Numbered from the stretch's first letter, positions 22,401 to 32,629 are shown. The stretch is 64,000 nt of DNA from Histomonas meleagridis 2922-C6/04-290x (GCA_020184695.1 JAANOX010000017.1:310001-374000); one strand, 5' to 3'. The notes: generated by a model not told the origin, from the letters alone. Program-made: numbers and translations.

Positions 22401-23449
22401 GTTGGTAATACGGGTTCTGTGATTTGAAAGACCATTGAAAATCCATTTGAAAAAGTCGGATTCTTAGGAAAAGTGGAAACCGGCTTCGATTTGAACTTTT
22501 TGGGCTTGAAATGATCGTTGACATTTGGTTCTGGAAATTTCATTTGATTTTCCCATTTAATAATTGAAGAACAAAGTTTTAAAACAACAGAACGAACTAC
22601 ATTTTCACAATATTTTCGATCAAATAAGTCAATAACATTATCAAATAATATTAAAATATTTTTATCAAACTCATGTAATAAAGATAAATATGAATTAAAT
22701 ACATTTTGAATATGTAAAGAAGGAATTTGAATTTTTCTATTGGAAAATGATTTTATAATTTCGATTAGATCTATGATTTCTTCTTTTCCAAGATTTGTAT
22801 TTAATAGATATATATCAGAAAAAAAGGTAAATATATTTTCGTGGTTTTGTACCTCTAAACTAAAAAAGTGTTTCAGATGAGGAAGAAACGATTCATTAAA
22901 AAAATCACGGTTTGTGGATTTGACAATTTCAACAGTATAAATAAATGCATCTATTGCTATTTTAGACTTTGTTTTCTGTATGACAAAGTTAAGGGATTCT
23001 AATAATTGAGGAATAAATTCTGTAGATAAACTTCTTTCAAAGTATAATATCCATGCTATATATGATTGAAAAATAAAATACATGGAATATTCTATGCTTG
23101 CTTTAGATAATGGCTTATCTGATTGATCACTCTCAATGATGGATGTTAGAACATTTGGAAGAAATGGAAAAAAATAATCAAAGTTCTGAATTGCTACTGT
23201 ATGATTTTGACCTGATTCCAAAGAAGCTTCCATTTGAGAAATAGATTTTGATGGAAAAACAGGAAAAGAATTTTGGGTTTGATTGTTGTAAAATAATTCA
23301 TAAAGTGGTTCGCCTTTCATAGATTTAAGTAACTCAGAACATGATTTCCACTTTAGTTTAAGGATTGATATAAATGGATCAATGAATTGTTTATTTGGTA
23401 AAACAATTGTCATTAAAATCCAGTTGCAATTTGATTTTTTCAACATCAC
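16472..23449 (-). CDS. BEACH-domain protein (ConA-like, PH, BEACH, WD40)
   Basis: 2325-aa ORF with WINNEISNFEYLMTLNMLSG.SFN..QYPIMPWIF, ELIPEFFYMPEFL, KLPKW, HRKGLESEYISSQLNVWIDNIWG and WD-like C-terminal strands. Start may be a downstream Met. Confidence 0.92.
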   Translation of the reverse strand: MMLKKSNCNWILMTIVLPNKQFIDPFISILKLKWKSCSELLKSMKGEPLYELFYNNQTQNSFPVFPSKSISQMEASLESGQNHTVAIQNFDYFFPFLPNVLTSIIESDQSDKPLSKASIEYSMYFIFQSYIAWILYFERSLSTEFIPQLLESLNFVIQKTKSKIAIDAFIYTVEIVKSTNRDFFNESFLPHLKHFFSLEVQNHENIFTFFSDIYLLNTNLGKEEIIDLIEIIKSFSNRKIQIPSLHIQNVFNSYLSLLHEFDKNILILFDNVIDLFDRKYCENVVRSVVLKLCSSIIKWENQMKFPEPNVNDHFKPKKFKSKPVSTFPKNPTFSNGFSMVFQITEPVLPTVESFIEPKIIESITDFFSILSKDKEYSLLAVKEYSDFLYKLPNEFKKNYLLTLYSVFFIIIKSLIKTLISQYVIFCDLLPFSQIFDSRHICLNNNDKAYIPLNVIRSKLFNTLLLDGGDTFTKKFLYKYYKDPYIFEEIIHKFIYNIHIMEAFIIESNIFIHFLSDSLILYQNYRYKGYLQAEKLSLKLFYFLSTIYQNEKIQQILFSDQTFINSYLNQIYEVTIKDIIFRQIRSYLTLTNTLNSSLPNAISILLKTLLMHFPEEKYINLANQLLQTILSLKIENKKIFIPIYEPIEQSFDKLDQSIDSKTFLLTGLQFFNEYIEELQETKIKSFSLAILKVYQNDSSDEIFKLLVQFIAGETLSAIFPSFLIRRGNGVLIFYHLFHDSNRSIEVINFLNELCHFSNYNSIICHQCNLDKLILEVINSKWNDESINDNYFEKTFDLLLTISNISSSYKIVEKFISLLSPINGQYFSPHFFTALNFLLKVTQFGQLNPIYPIPLIKDEYIKVPEIINISNGFTVVFWLFLERTDLNYNPILFTAYDFEDEWSITLSIKANNLYFLEIGSDYSIPSLIETKLPYRKWLKVSISYSFTESIAKLNVLFNDQIFQVKTVLPELTNTNCTFYFGGLMNNSINNENFPHQIGSFGIFPLLNNDQILGIFTNNPNHFVSVEIKPFYIHYQDKPIIKKNETFYSLFDSNFNLIFPLFSMTYLTYPNGKNLDYFLENILDVLINILLNGINIEEKFIEMKGPEIISFLLTCSNPLKITYKLYQRFFKLFQIINLETLQEKLFELIMINLKIWVLSDLNEQLLILKHLYRLLLPNFPDYTLKFFPFSFIFKNIIIFYSNKSNELINNENLKQCRIILYQMLLLNPLNESDFKLLLLYCNDINNDITIISEILKLIQEIYLSYEKIISVFMLSNEIINLFYSVIKNVSKILPKELLETILCLYNIIEKNNFVEYISILFHEIKIKKLTNELFQIVINKVNEIPELFPYMFYILLQNNEININQLNNIKFIDTFTKNEDWCLWPILLILVKDKKEQKVIYKFILKCDYNQWIYIYSTFILISNVYNYLIDKQIHNFIKRIEKLILKNEIELNNNIFHNLSFILCHYLFIQTNNYLHNNSLLNLFQNSPFKLDDNINENSNFNILNLSPLNISSILYPFKNYIIKENQTKFGFKLNKNGKWIDIKLAENYLNIFLQIKTTKYLNTFVFLYYFVSKFKELNLNEFQNDPIFENFSYLDILNSIFIKDKQKNYFPFFNYYIKHMISKKWDLKTLQILTIINKNESKTYTEVNKYEFNKILNQFISSYLHNNINKNWLKLWNSVTLLGQPYESAGQKETKLIRDNVICFSYCPFKLIKSWKFNEQKYTELAKEIIYGDNNEFNNQEEEEISEEILSKPLNFITCYKVRISSKILIKLSIYKNKIIFYTDLKRHKSIKISLISKIIQKTYQMKQIGFEIFLYDGKTYFFVFPSTKIRDYIFNSIISKFDINQFIYKEFEQFPNNITKQWINNEISNFEYLMTLNMLSGLSFNVEKQYPIMPWIFKTYKSKTLNLNDKNIYRTFEPNQNSNKQNPPLYYLNYIEPFSSLNYEQKFQSIIKSFKEDHLNTELIPEFFYMPEFLISTNCSLNQNIKLPKWSNSTFDFIYLHRKGLESEYISSQLNVWIDNIWGVNHGINYVDYLPLFDQPHPKKNILVKAQQIYQISQISSPFKFLIYENDFILILPFFVLFNIHEIDNPQTLTLKINIKNEDEIIKYKNNSFRIDNKIFNTFCNEIKSLNENLLLFDESLNYKIEYDKEKGLIIENKITSKNKIIQLNNEPKCLCLNETFHVFAIGFIDCTVYIHSLEHNSSMFIINLDKNVPNILRITSNWGFIVISFENNLVLYNINGLLLKNVKLNENIIMIDCWSKENGFDYMAVVTENGNVYVTDVYEMKFDDEFIKCNEVIEYCKYVKEENILIVIAKDGKIYRKSID

Positions 23450-23861
23450 TTTTTGAATTAACTATTAAAAATCAAATTTGATTTTTTTTTTGTAGTTCAG
23501 TATCATGGTGAATATTAAACACCACTTATATGTTACTCATTCTTACTATACTATTATTTCGTCACATATTTCTGAGTATTCAGGTGTGCTTTGTATATGT
23601 GGTAACATAAGTAATTTTTTACGATTTCCAATGATCAAGCATAATATTAATGTTACATTACACATTATGAAAATGTTTTTTATATACAATTAGCTTTTAA
23701 ACAATAACTTAAATATCATTGGTTTTTTGAATAAATTTTTTCCATCTAAGCAATTTGGATTAATTAATATGAAACTTAAGTGATTATGTAGCTAAGCTAT
23801 TTTACAGAATTGCATCATCAAAAACAAGAATAACAAATGAAAAGCTTGTGTTCATAACATG

Positions 23862-23869
23862 AACGGTTA
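23862..23869 (+). promoter_or_regulatory. M3-like element (AACGGTTA)
   Basis: Consensus match ~55 nt upstream of ATG 23925. Confidence 0.4.
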
Positions 23870-23924
23870 AATTCTGTTAGGCGGCAAAATATCATTTCAA
23901 TTTCAAAAAAGTGACATATTTGGA

Positions 23925-25280
23925 ATGATTGATGAAAATATATTCAAATTAGAAAGTGGAGAATCATTAACACTTTTTGAAAAAACTCTTATTGGTCAAA
24001 TACGTCAAGTATGTGATTCATTTCCGAAACCAACAATAGCAAGAATAGTTGGAGGATGGGTTCGTGACAAAATTTTGGGTAAAGAAAATGATGATATTGA
24101 TATCGCAATTGAAGGATGTGATTGTCGTGCTTTTACTGAAAAATACAATGAAACATTTCCAATTACAAAAATTGCAATTATTGAACCAAATCCTGGCATG
24201 TCAAAACATCTCACAATTGCACGCATTTGTATTAATAATGAATTTTGGCTTGATGTTTGTTCTTTAAGACCTGATGATTTCACTAATCCAGATTCAAATT
24301 CAATTGGAACACCATTATCCGATGCGCGCCGTAGGGACTTTACCATAAATGCTCTTTTTTTCAACGTCAATCTATGCAAAGTTGAGGATTTTGTTGGAGG
24401 AATTGACGATCTTAAAAATGGAATTATTCGTACTCCAATTGATCCTAATATAACACTTTCTGATGACCCTCTTCGAGCTATAAGAAGTTTTCGCTTTGCT
24501 ATAAAGTTTTCTTTCAAAATTGATCAATCAATACTTGATTACATTCCAAGTTTGAAAAAAGCAATAGCAGAAAATGTAACAAAAGATAGACTCAGCCAAG
24601 AGCTTTTAAAGATGATGAAAGGAGATAATATCATAAAAGCTTTGGATCTGATGATTCAAACCAAAGTCTTTTCATCAGTGTTTTCTCCTCCTTCTTCCCT
24701 TGATGAAATCACATTCCTTGAACAAGCCAAAGTTGCTATATCCAGGTGCAATAATACAGAATTTTATTTTACATTAATTCTTGCATTAATTTACAAAGAT
24801 TTTTATAATGCTAATGATGTCCAAGATCCAGATAAACCAAGAAAGAAAATATCACAGATTGAAGTAAGTATCACACGGAATCTTAAACTATCGATGAACT
24901 ATACAAAAGATGTAACAACGCTCCTAAAAAGTGCTCAAATTATAAGCAAACTCCCCAGACCGTTAACAAGATTAACGGTCGGAAAATGGGTACGTGAGAT
25001 AGGGGACCTTTGGGTGTACACGGGGTGCCTCATTTTTGATGAGGAAGACGTTAAGTTTTACCAAGAACAGGTTTTACCATTCGTTCATAAAGAAAATTTA
25101 ACAGAAATAATTCATATGAAACCATTGCTGAATGGAAAGCAATTGGCAGATTTGCACGGTCTTAAAAAATTGGGACCTCAAGTTGCTGATTTATTAAATC
25201 AACTTGTTGAATGGCAAATAATGAATCCAAACAAAAAGGCATCTGACTATATAGAATTTATAAAGAGTAGTAGAAAATGA
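23925..25280 (+). CDS. CCA1: CCA tRNA nucleotidyltransferase (class II NTase, PolyA_pol family)
   Basis: RIVGGWVRDKILG, DDIDIA, DARRRDFTINALFFN, GGIDDLKNGIIRTP, DDPLRAIR.FRFA. Confidence 0.9.
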   Translation: MIDENIFKLESGESLTLFEKTLIGQIRQVCDSFPKPTIARIVGGWVRDKILGKENDDIDIAIEGCDCRAFTEKYNETFPITKIAIIEPNPGMSKHLTIARICINNEFWLDVCSLRPDDFTNPDSNSIGTPLSDARRRDFTINALFFNVNLCKVEDFVGGIDDLKNGIIRTPIDPNITLSDDPLRAIRSFRFAIKFSFKIDQSILDYIPSLKKAIAENVTKDRLSQELLKMMKGDNIIKALDLMIQTKVFSSVFSPPSSLDEITFLEQAKVAISRCNNTEFYFTLILALIYKDFYNANDVQDPDKPRKKISQIEVSITRNLKLSMNYTKDVTTLLKSAQIISKLPRPLTRLTVGKWVREIGDLWVYTGCLIFDEEDVKFYQEQVLPFVHKENLTEIIHMKPLLNGKQLADLHGLKKLGPQVADLLNQLVEWQIMNPNKKASDYIEFIKSSRK

Positions 25281-25571
25281 AATTATGTTCAAAAAAACAA
25301 CTATTTATGGAATTGATAAAAATGTTCAAATTTATAATTTTTTTTCAAAATCTTTATCACATTCATTATTAACACTTTAAAATATTTGGTGCATCGCTTT
25401 TAATAATATGATTGAAAGAAATCAAATTATGAAAAATGTTCATAGCTAACATATCATTTAAATCCGATTTCTGAATTAATTGTTTTGATATAAGCGTTTT
25501 TTCATTTAGACAAGTTCATATTTATTATCAAATTTCCTTATTATTTAAACAGTTTTATTTTTATTAATTAT

Positions 25572-26453
25572 CTATTCATCATCTGAGTTATCATCTTTAG
25601 CTTTAAGAAGCGCAGCTTTGGACCTAATAAATGAACGAAGCGCGAACTCTGTATCTGCATCATCCATTTCGAGTGTTCCTTGTACGATCTTGAATATTCT
25701 CATTTCCAATCTCGGACCAATTTCTGATAGTTCGATCTTTCCGCCGGCTCTACGGAATGTATGTTGTCGAACGCTGATCCAATCGTTCTTGTTGATGAAC
25801 GATATCACTCTGCGGCTTTCAGGCTTTGGTACTGGAAATAATGCTTGAAGAATTTTCTTAACGCGATTCCCAAGTTTTGATGTCATATCTTCAAATATAA
25901 GATGTGGAAAGGCTGAGGATAATGGTGGCGCTTCATCAATTTGTCTCCGCATTACGACATTGGCAAGTGAAAAATAAGCAGTTGGACCATATGGAAGATG
26001 AGAAACAATGATACTGTCAGGATCGCCATGCGTTCCGTGTACAATTACAATGTCTGTCATTTCATGTTTCCGACAATAATCAACAAGAGATTTCAGATCA
26101 GTTGCACCACGGTTGACACGTTGTGCATTTGGTATGAGTTGGGAAATCTCACGAGCAAAATGCTTAATAGGACCAGAAGGATCTCGAGAAGTTGTAACGG
26201 CAACTTTTGGATCTTCAACGCCAATAAGTGCATACTCATCATCAATTTCTTTTTTCTCATTTTCTACATCATCGTATGTGGTTGCCTTAAGAAGTGACAT
26301 TGCATCAGCTTGAATATCCCTTGGAAGTTGTTTTCCTTGTGACATAAAAGATTTCAAACGATCTTTGCGCTCTTCAGTAGCCTCTCGTTGACTTTGAACA
26401 AGATGAGAATGAACATATTCACGCATTTGGCGGCGAAGTCTTGCAGAGCTCAT
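25572..26453 (-). CDS. IMP4: U3 snoRNP protein IMP4 (Brix domain)
   Basis: DDEY, DPKVAVTTSRDPS, HLPYGPTAYFSL, PHLIF, LFPVPK.ESRRVISF, ELSEIGPRLEMR. Confidence 0.95.
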   Translation of the reverse strand: MSSARLRRQMREYVHSHLVQSQREATEERKDRLKSFMSQGKQLPRDIQADAMSLLKATTYDDVENEKKEIDDEYALIGVEDPKVAVTTSRDPSGPIKHFAREISQLIPNAQRVNRGATDLKSLVDYCRKHEMTDIVIVHGTHGDPDSIIVSHLPYGPTAYFSLANVVMRRQIDEAPPLSSAFPHLIFEDMTSKLGNRVKKILQALFPVPKPESRRVISFINKNDWISVRQHTFRRAGGKIELSEIGPRLEMRIFKIVQGTLEMDDADTEFALRSFIRSKAALLKAKDDNSDDE

Positions 26454-26642
26454 TGGATTTTGGTCTAGAAAATAAACGTCCTCAGCAACTTCTTTACATG
26501 ACGACTTTTTGTGATATTTATACTCTGACTTTTTGCAGAAGAGCGTTATTCAAAAAGTATCGCAAATACTTTTACGGTTTTTAGCGGTTTGTAACGTTAA
26601 CCATTGGATTTCAAAAAGCTAAAGAACTTAGTGGTGTTACTG

Positions 26643-27134
26643 AATCATTTATTTTATTTAATATTTATTTTAATAATTTGAAATTTAATTACATTATTTG
26701 TGAGTTATTTATATTATTTAATACAGCATTAATATTAGCAGTTAAAAAATATTGTATTGAAATACTTAAATTACTTCTTGGATGTAAAGAAATTGATATT
26801 AATGCTAAGAATCTTTATTTGTTTTCTTTGAAGTTTATTTTAATATTTTGAAATTTTTAGATAATATTTGGAAATTATTTAAATTTTATGAAACACCACT
26901 TATTTTGGCTTCACTAGGTGGTAAAACAAGAATGGTGATATTACTTCTTGAACAAGAAGGAATTGACATTAATGCTAGAGATGTTTATCTGTATTATTTA
27001 ATATTTATTTTAATAAGTTAATATTCCAAAATAATTTTTGGAATTTATTCAAATTATTACAAACAGCACTTATGTGTGCAACTGATAATGGTCATGAAGA
27101 AATTGTCAAATTAACAGAAAAATTAAATGCTTAA
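26643..27134 (+). pseudogene. Locus C: 5'-truncated ankyrin fragment (3 repeats) with the same 17+3 linker code
   Basis: Cores at 26723, 26893 and 27063 (170-bp spacing). Decoded linkers read N-E-V-N, E-E-G-E and N-N-G-Q. Stop at 27132-27134; no upstream N-terminal domain. Confidence 0.8.
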
Positions 27135-28124
27135 AAGACATATAAGCTATGAAGTAAAATCAAATAAAATTGATTTCTATTATTTTTTGGAGTGAGGAAA
27201 AACATAAATAGAGAAAAAAAATTGAATATTTCACATAATTTAAAGTATTGTGATGACAAAATGAAAATATAACAAAATTCATCGATTTTTTTATGCTTCT
27301 ATTAAGATTTTATTTTCTTTGTGCGTCTGTTCATGCTTTTAAATTCTTGTTCATATTATGTGTTAGAATCAATTTGTATTCAACATTCATATCAATTTTA
27401 TATTTCATCAAAGATATGCAATTTTATATTTAACAAGATGATTTTTTGAATTAGATTTTTTTTATTCAATTTTGATCAATGCGAAACGACAATTATTACA
27501 TTCAATTTTTTTTAATTTAATTTTATATGATACAAAACGGCACTTATTTTATTCAATTTTATTAATTTAATTTGGCTTGGTGTAAAAGGTCACTTATCGA
27601 AAAAAAATTTGAAAGCATAAACTATACAATATCGTTTCTATCGTTATGTAAAATTTACAAAAAGTCGAGTGAAAAAAATGGATGATCAATGATCATAAGC
27701 ACGTTAAAAATGTCGCTTTTTAGGTGGTTTCCGATAAAATTTTACTCAAAATCTCTGATCGTTAAGAAAAAAAAAATGATCAATGACCAAAAGGGTAGCT
27801 GGTACGATTTCATACAAATATTTTGTATTATGGGACTAAAAATAATAAGGTGTACTCAATAGATTTTCATTAAACTCTAAGAGTAAAAAATACTATGAAT
27901 AATAATTAATTTTTTGTTGTTATGAATTTTTCATCATTTTTTTCACAAAAATTATCATCAAATTATATGTAAATCATACAATGAAATATGATATAAAATA
28001 TTCTATTTATCAAATTTTGATTCATATAATAATAATATTAATCAAATGAAATGCGTTAATAATAATGTATTAAAACAAAGTGAATTTAGGAAATGTTTAT
28101 TTCAATATTTAAATATTAACTCTT

Positions 28125-30111
28125 TTATCCTTGAGAATCTTTTAATTTTATTATGTCGTCACATTTATGATGTTGAATTTTGTCTGCAAATAATCGAATA
28201 ATTTCTGCATTTTTCTTTTCTGATGCTATCATAAGCGCTGTTTTATATGTTTATAAGTAATTCCAAATGTTTATATGAAATTTCATATTTTTTCAAAATA
28301 TTATAAATAAAACAAAAAAATATCTTTAGCATTAATATCAATTCCTTCTTGTTCAAGAAGTAATTTAGCAGTTTCTGTATGACCATTTTCAGATGCATTA
28401 ATAAGTGCTGTCCAAAATAATTTAAATAATTTCCAAATATTATTTTGAAATAGAAAATTATTAAAATAAATATTATTTTTAGCATTAATATCAATTCCTT
28501 CTTGTTCAAGAAGTAATTTAACTATTTCTGTATGACCTTCATAAGATGCATTCATAAGTGCTGTTTGAAATAATTTAAATGATTTCCAAATATTATTTTG
28601 AAATATAAAATTATTAAAATAAATATCAAATAAAACAAATAAATATTTTTAGCATTAATATCAATTCCTTCTTGTTCAAGAAGTAACTTAACTATTTCTA
28701 TATGACCATTTTCAGATGCTAAAATAAGTGCTGTTTCAAATATTTAAAATAATTTCCAAATATTATTTTGAAATATAAAATTATTAAAATAAATTTCATT
28801 TTTAGCATTAATATCAATTCCTTCTTGTTCAAGAAGTAATTTAACTATTTCTGTATAACCATTTTTTGAAGCATTTGTTAGTGCTAAAAATATTTAAAAA
28901 AAAATTTAAAAATTTTTATGAAACAATGAAATATTTTAATAAAAATCCAATAAAATAAACAAATAATCTTGCTAAAATCAATGTATCTATTGTTAATTAA
29001 ATAGTTATAAAGTTCCACATTTCCAGAAAAACCCGAAATTTTCAAAAAATCAATAGGAATATGATTACTTTCGAGAAAATATTGAGTTATATATAAATTC
29101 CCTGTTATGATTGAAGCAATGAGAATATTTTCATTTATTTTCATTCCTTCTTTAAGTAAAAATGATAAAAGTTCATAATTATCATGTACAACACATTTTG
29201 CTCCTAATTCTTCTAAATTATTAATTTCTTTTAACTTATTATCATAAAAATATTTAAAGATATCATTTCGATGAAATTCTATTGCTGCTTCATATGCATC
29301 TTTAAATGTTGAATGATTTTGTTCACATAAATGAATTATTTCTTCATTTCCACCTGCAACTGCATATTTACCTGTTTTTATCTAATTTTGCTCCATTCAT
29401 AAGTAAATATTTAAAACATTTAATTGAAGAAAAAAATGCTGCATAATCAATTAATGTAACATTTTTATGATTAATAAATGAATATCTTTCATAAAGTGAT
29501 GGTATTATTGTTTGATTAAAATCAAAGTTTGTTTCTGATGATATTTCTTGAAGTTTTTCTATTTCATCATTCCGAATTATTTTCGCAATTTCATTCTGAT
29601 TTATTCCTTCTTTAACATATTTCTGATGAAGTTCCCAATTATTCGCTTTAAGTTTTTCAAGGTTTTTGGAGAAATATTCAGAAAATTGATAACGATGGTT
29701 TAAAACGAAATGTTCTTTAAAATGTGAAAAATATAAATTTTTCATATTATCAGTAATCGATGAGTTAATTAAACCTTTTTCTATCAACTTTCCGATAAGA
29801 TAATTAGATTCTTGTGAGTTATTTTTCCGAAGGAATTGAGAAAAAATGTCAATTATTTTAACTTGATTTTTATTTACATCCCGTTCAATTAAATTCAAAA
29901 ACTCAATAATTATATCTATATTTTTCAGTCTTGTTACAAACAAAGTGTAAATGAAACGGCAGATGATCAAGTTGAATGAAAACGTTCGTGAATTATCATA
30001 AAATTTGCGTAATGAAGAAATAGATGTATCAAGATTGTTTGTATTTATGTTATAAATTATTTCTGTAAGTGCAATTAAGTCTGGAAATGAGTTTATCTTT
30101 GATGCACTCAT
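28125..30111 (-). CDS. Locus B: DUF3447-like + 5 ankyrin repeats with 18 spacers of 17 nt; one extra A at 29375-29379
   Basis: ATG 30111 (MSASKINSF). Homologous to locus A (PSLYERYSFIN, LIDYAAFF, KYAVAGGNEE). Removing 18x17 nt and 1 nt leaves 1680 nt = 560 codons. The A5 run (A4 in locus A) is a real frameshift or a sequencing error. Confidence 0.7.
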
Positions 30112-30119
30112 TCCAATGC

Positions 30120-30640
30120 CTATAAATAACACAGAAAAAAATTTTTAATGGACATGTGACATGAATTTTTATATAAAATTATAATAAATAAAAACATAGA
30201 ATGAACTTCATGATGAAATCCATTCACATATTTAATTTTATTTGGAATACTTAAATTTTCATTATTCATTAAAACTTTATTATCTTTCTGCCATCCCAAA
30301 GGCAGCTCATCATTTATCTCATATACTTGAAGTTTTTCATCAAAAAATATTTCATTATTCAACCAAAACGCATCCATCTTGCTCAAATCTTTTTATAAAA
30401 ATCTTCTGAATCTTCTCTTATCCCTTTCCGAAGGAAGCAAAACCTAATTTAATATTTACAGCACTTAATAATTTGAGGTTTTGGTTATAAAATTTCATAT
30501 TTACTAATATACTGTGTCGAGTATATGTTTCTTTAGTCTTCTTATCAATACCAAGTTACTCAGAATGCTTAAATTTAATATCTACTGCTTTATAATTAAG
30601 ATTTTCAAAATCACTTAACAAATAATTTTTGAATGATTCC
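30120..30640 (-). pseudogene. Degenerate element ORF, unknown function
   Basis: ATG at 30640 (MESFKNYLLSDFENLNYK) followed by in-frame stops; the 30120-30386 ORF is a downstream fragment. Confidence 0.4.
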
Positions 30641-30704
30641 ATTTTTATAAAGGAAAAAATATTAAAACAATTAAAAAATAATATGCTTTTTTATTTTAAT
30701 AAAA

Positions 30705-31592
30705 ATGAAGCTCAAATATGAATCTATTGACAAAAAATTTAAAGAAATAGATAATAATTTTAATAAAATAAGTAAACAAAATAAATTATTAAATAATGCT
30801 TTGATAAAACCAATTCATGAAAAATACTTATTTACTCAAAACGGCATATGTGCACTAATTGCTTCTATGGGGAGTGGTAAGAACTATATCTATTTAAAGT
30901 TGATATCTCAACAAGAAGTATTATTTAATGAACCTTCTTATGAATTAATATGTATATGTTCTACTAGTAATAAGTTTGATGAAACAGTTAATTCTTTTAA
31001 AGTATTGATTAAGAAGAGTAAACTTATAGCGATATCTGATAACGATTTATTAGATTTCTTAAACAAATATATGAAAAGAATATTAAAATATAACTCTATT
31101 ATAAAATATATTAATAGTGATCTTAAAGAAGTTAATGAAGAATCAGAAAGGGTTTTTGCTGAACATAAACTAAATTCCAAAGAAAAAATATTGAAATATA
31201 TATCATTAAAATTGGCATATTATAATTGGAAAACATATCCTCACAGAATGTTATTGGTTTTAGATGATTTTGCTAATCATGTATTATTAACGAATAAAGA
31301 AACTGATTTAATGAAATTATTGAAAAAACTAAGGCATTTCAACATTAATGTAATGATTTGTGTTCAGACAGTGAAATCGATACCAAAAGATTTAAAAAGA
31401 ACATTAAGTGATATAGTATTATTTCCAGGCATTAGTAGATAAGATTTTTATTGTTTGATTAAAGAATCTCCTGCAGGTTGTTTTGACGTAGATATCTTAT
31501 GGAATGAATATAGTAAAATCAAAGATCAACATAGTAGATTTAATATTTATATTAAAGCCAAAAGAATAACTATAACATTAGCTAATATGTGA
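30705..31592 (+). pseudogene. A32-like (FtsK-HerA) DNA packaging ATPase with a premature stop
   Basis: Walker A IASMGSGKNY, Walker B LLVLDDF, and RHFNINVMICVQ. After TAA at 31440-31442 the frame stays open for 49 codons to TGA at 31590-31592. Confidence 0.85.
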
Positions 31593-31806
31593 TATATATG
31601 GTTGTGCGAATTCCCTCATCCCTCTTTTTGACAGTATAATGATTTCTTGATATTATCAGGTATCTCCTCCTCCTCATTATCATCATCATCAATATCAATA
31701 TTATATATTTTTATAAAGGTATTTATTACAGAATTAATTACATAAATAGTCGATATAACACATATATATATTTCGAATAACATGATTTTTATATAAATAA
31801 AATATA

Positions 31807-32609
31807 ATGTTTAATGAAATAATTGATTACATAATTTCATCATATGATAGCAATCACTACAACAGAAATAATGTTAATTTACCATAACCTTATACAAAAT
31901 TTGCTAAAATGATAATTACGTCATTAACAACAAAATGTAATATAGTTGTCATTGAAAAAGATGATTATATAACAATTAATAATGAAAAATACACCTTCAA
32001 TAATCAGTATACTTATATGAATTATGCGGAATTCGCAAGTTTATTAACAGATTTAATTATAAAAAGCAATGTTAATATTTCAACATATTTCACAAGCAGG
32101 TTAATATTTAGTAGTGCTAATAAATTTACTATCAATGATATAAGTTATAATATAATACAATTAACAGGTTTATACAACACAAATTTATGATTAACATCAA
32201 CATATTTAAAGGAAGAAACTAATAAATATGAAATATTATGTAACTCTGTAGGAAATTATTTATCAACACCAGTATTATACGCTATAAGTAATTTAGGGAA
32301 AAGTAGTTATAGAAATATAAAAAAAATATCAATATTCCAAAAATAATACTTAGAATTGATAACTCTTCCAGTAATAATTATCCAATTATTGTAAATAATG
32401 CAGATTTTGAAGTATTAATAAATTCTAGTGATTTATCGCACTTAGAATTAAAATTAGTTGATGCTAATATGCGAGAAATTTATATATTATCACCTATGTA
32501 TATTACGATTTCCATCAGACCAATACCTGATGAAGAGATTGATGCAGATATTAAAAATGATAGTTTATATATAACAGCGCATGATGAAAATACAGATAAA
32601 CAAAAATAA
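31807..32609 (+). pseudogene. Probable minor capsid (penton, single jelly-roll) protein, decayed
   Basis: Beta-rich ~265-codon reading with 2 stops and a frameshift; C-terminal RIDNSSSNNYPII...SDLSHLELKLVDAN resembles Polinton-type pentons. Assigned by recognition and gene context only. Confidence 0.5.
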
Positions 32610-32629
32610 ATATTGTTATATATATATTT

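Noticed and set aside
24005-24517. Antisense/overlapping ORFs (also 2928-3443, 49703-50446, 45137-45457 and others)
   Set aside because: Shadow frames of well-supported genes in biased-composition DNA.
27600-27830. Short direct repeat (aaaaaaatg(g)atgatcaatga) as a transposon end
   Set aside because: Too short, with no partner terminus or transposase.
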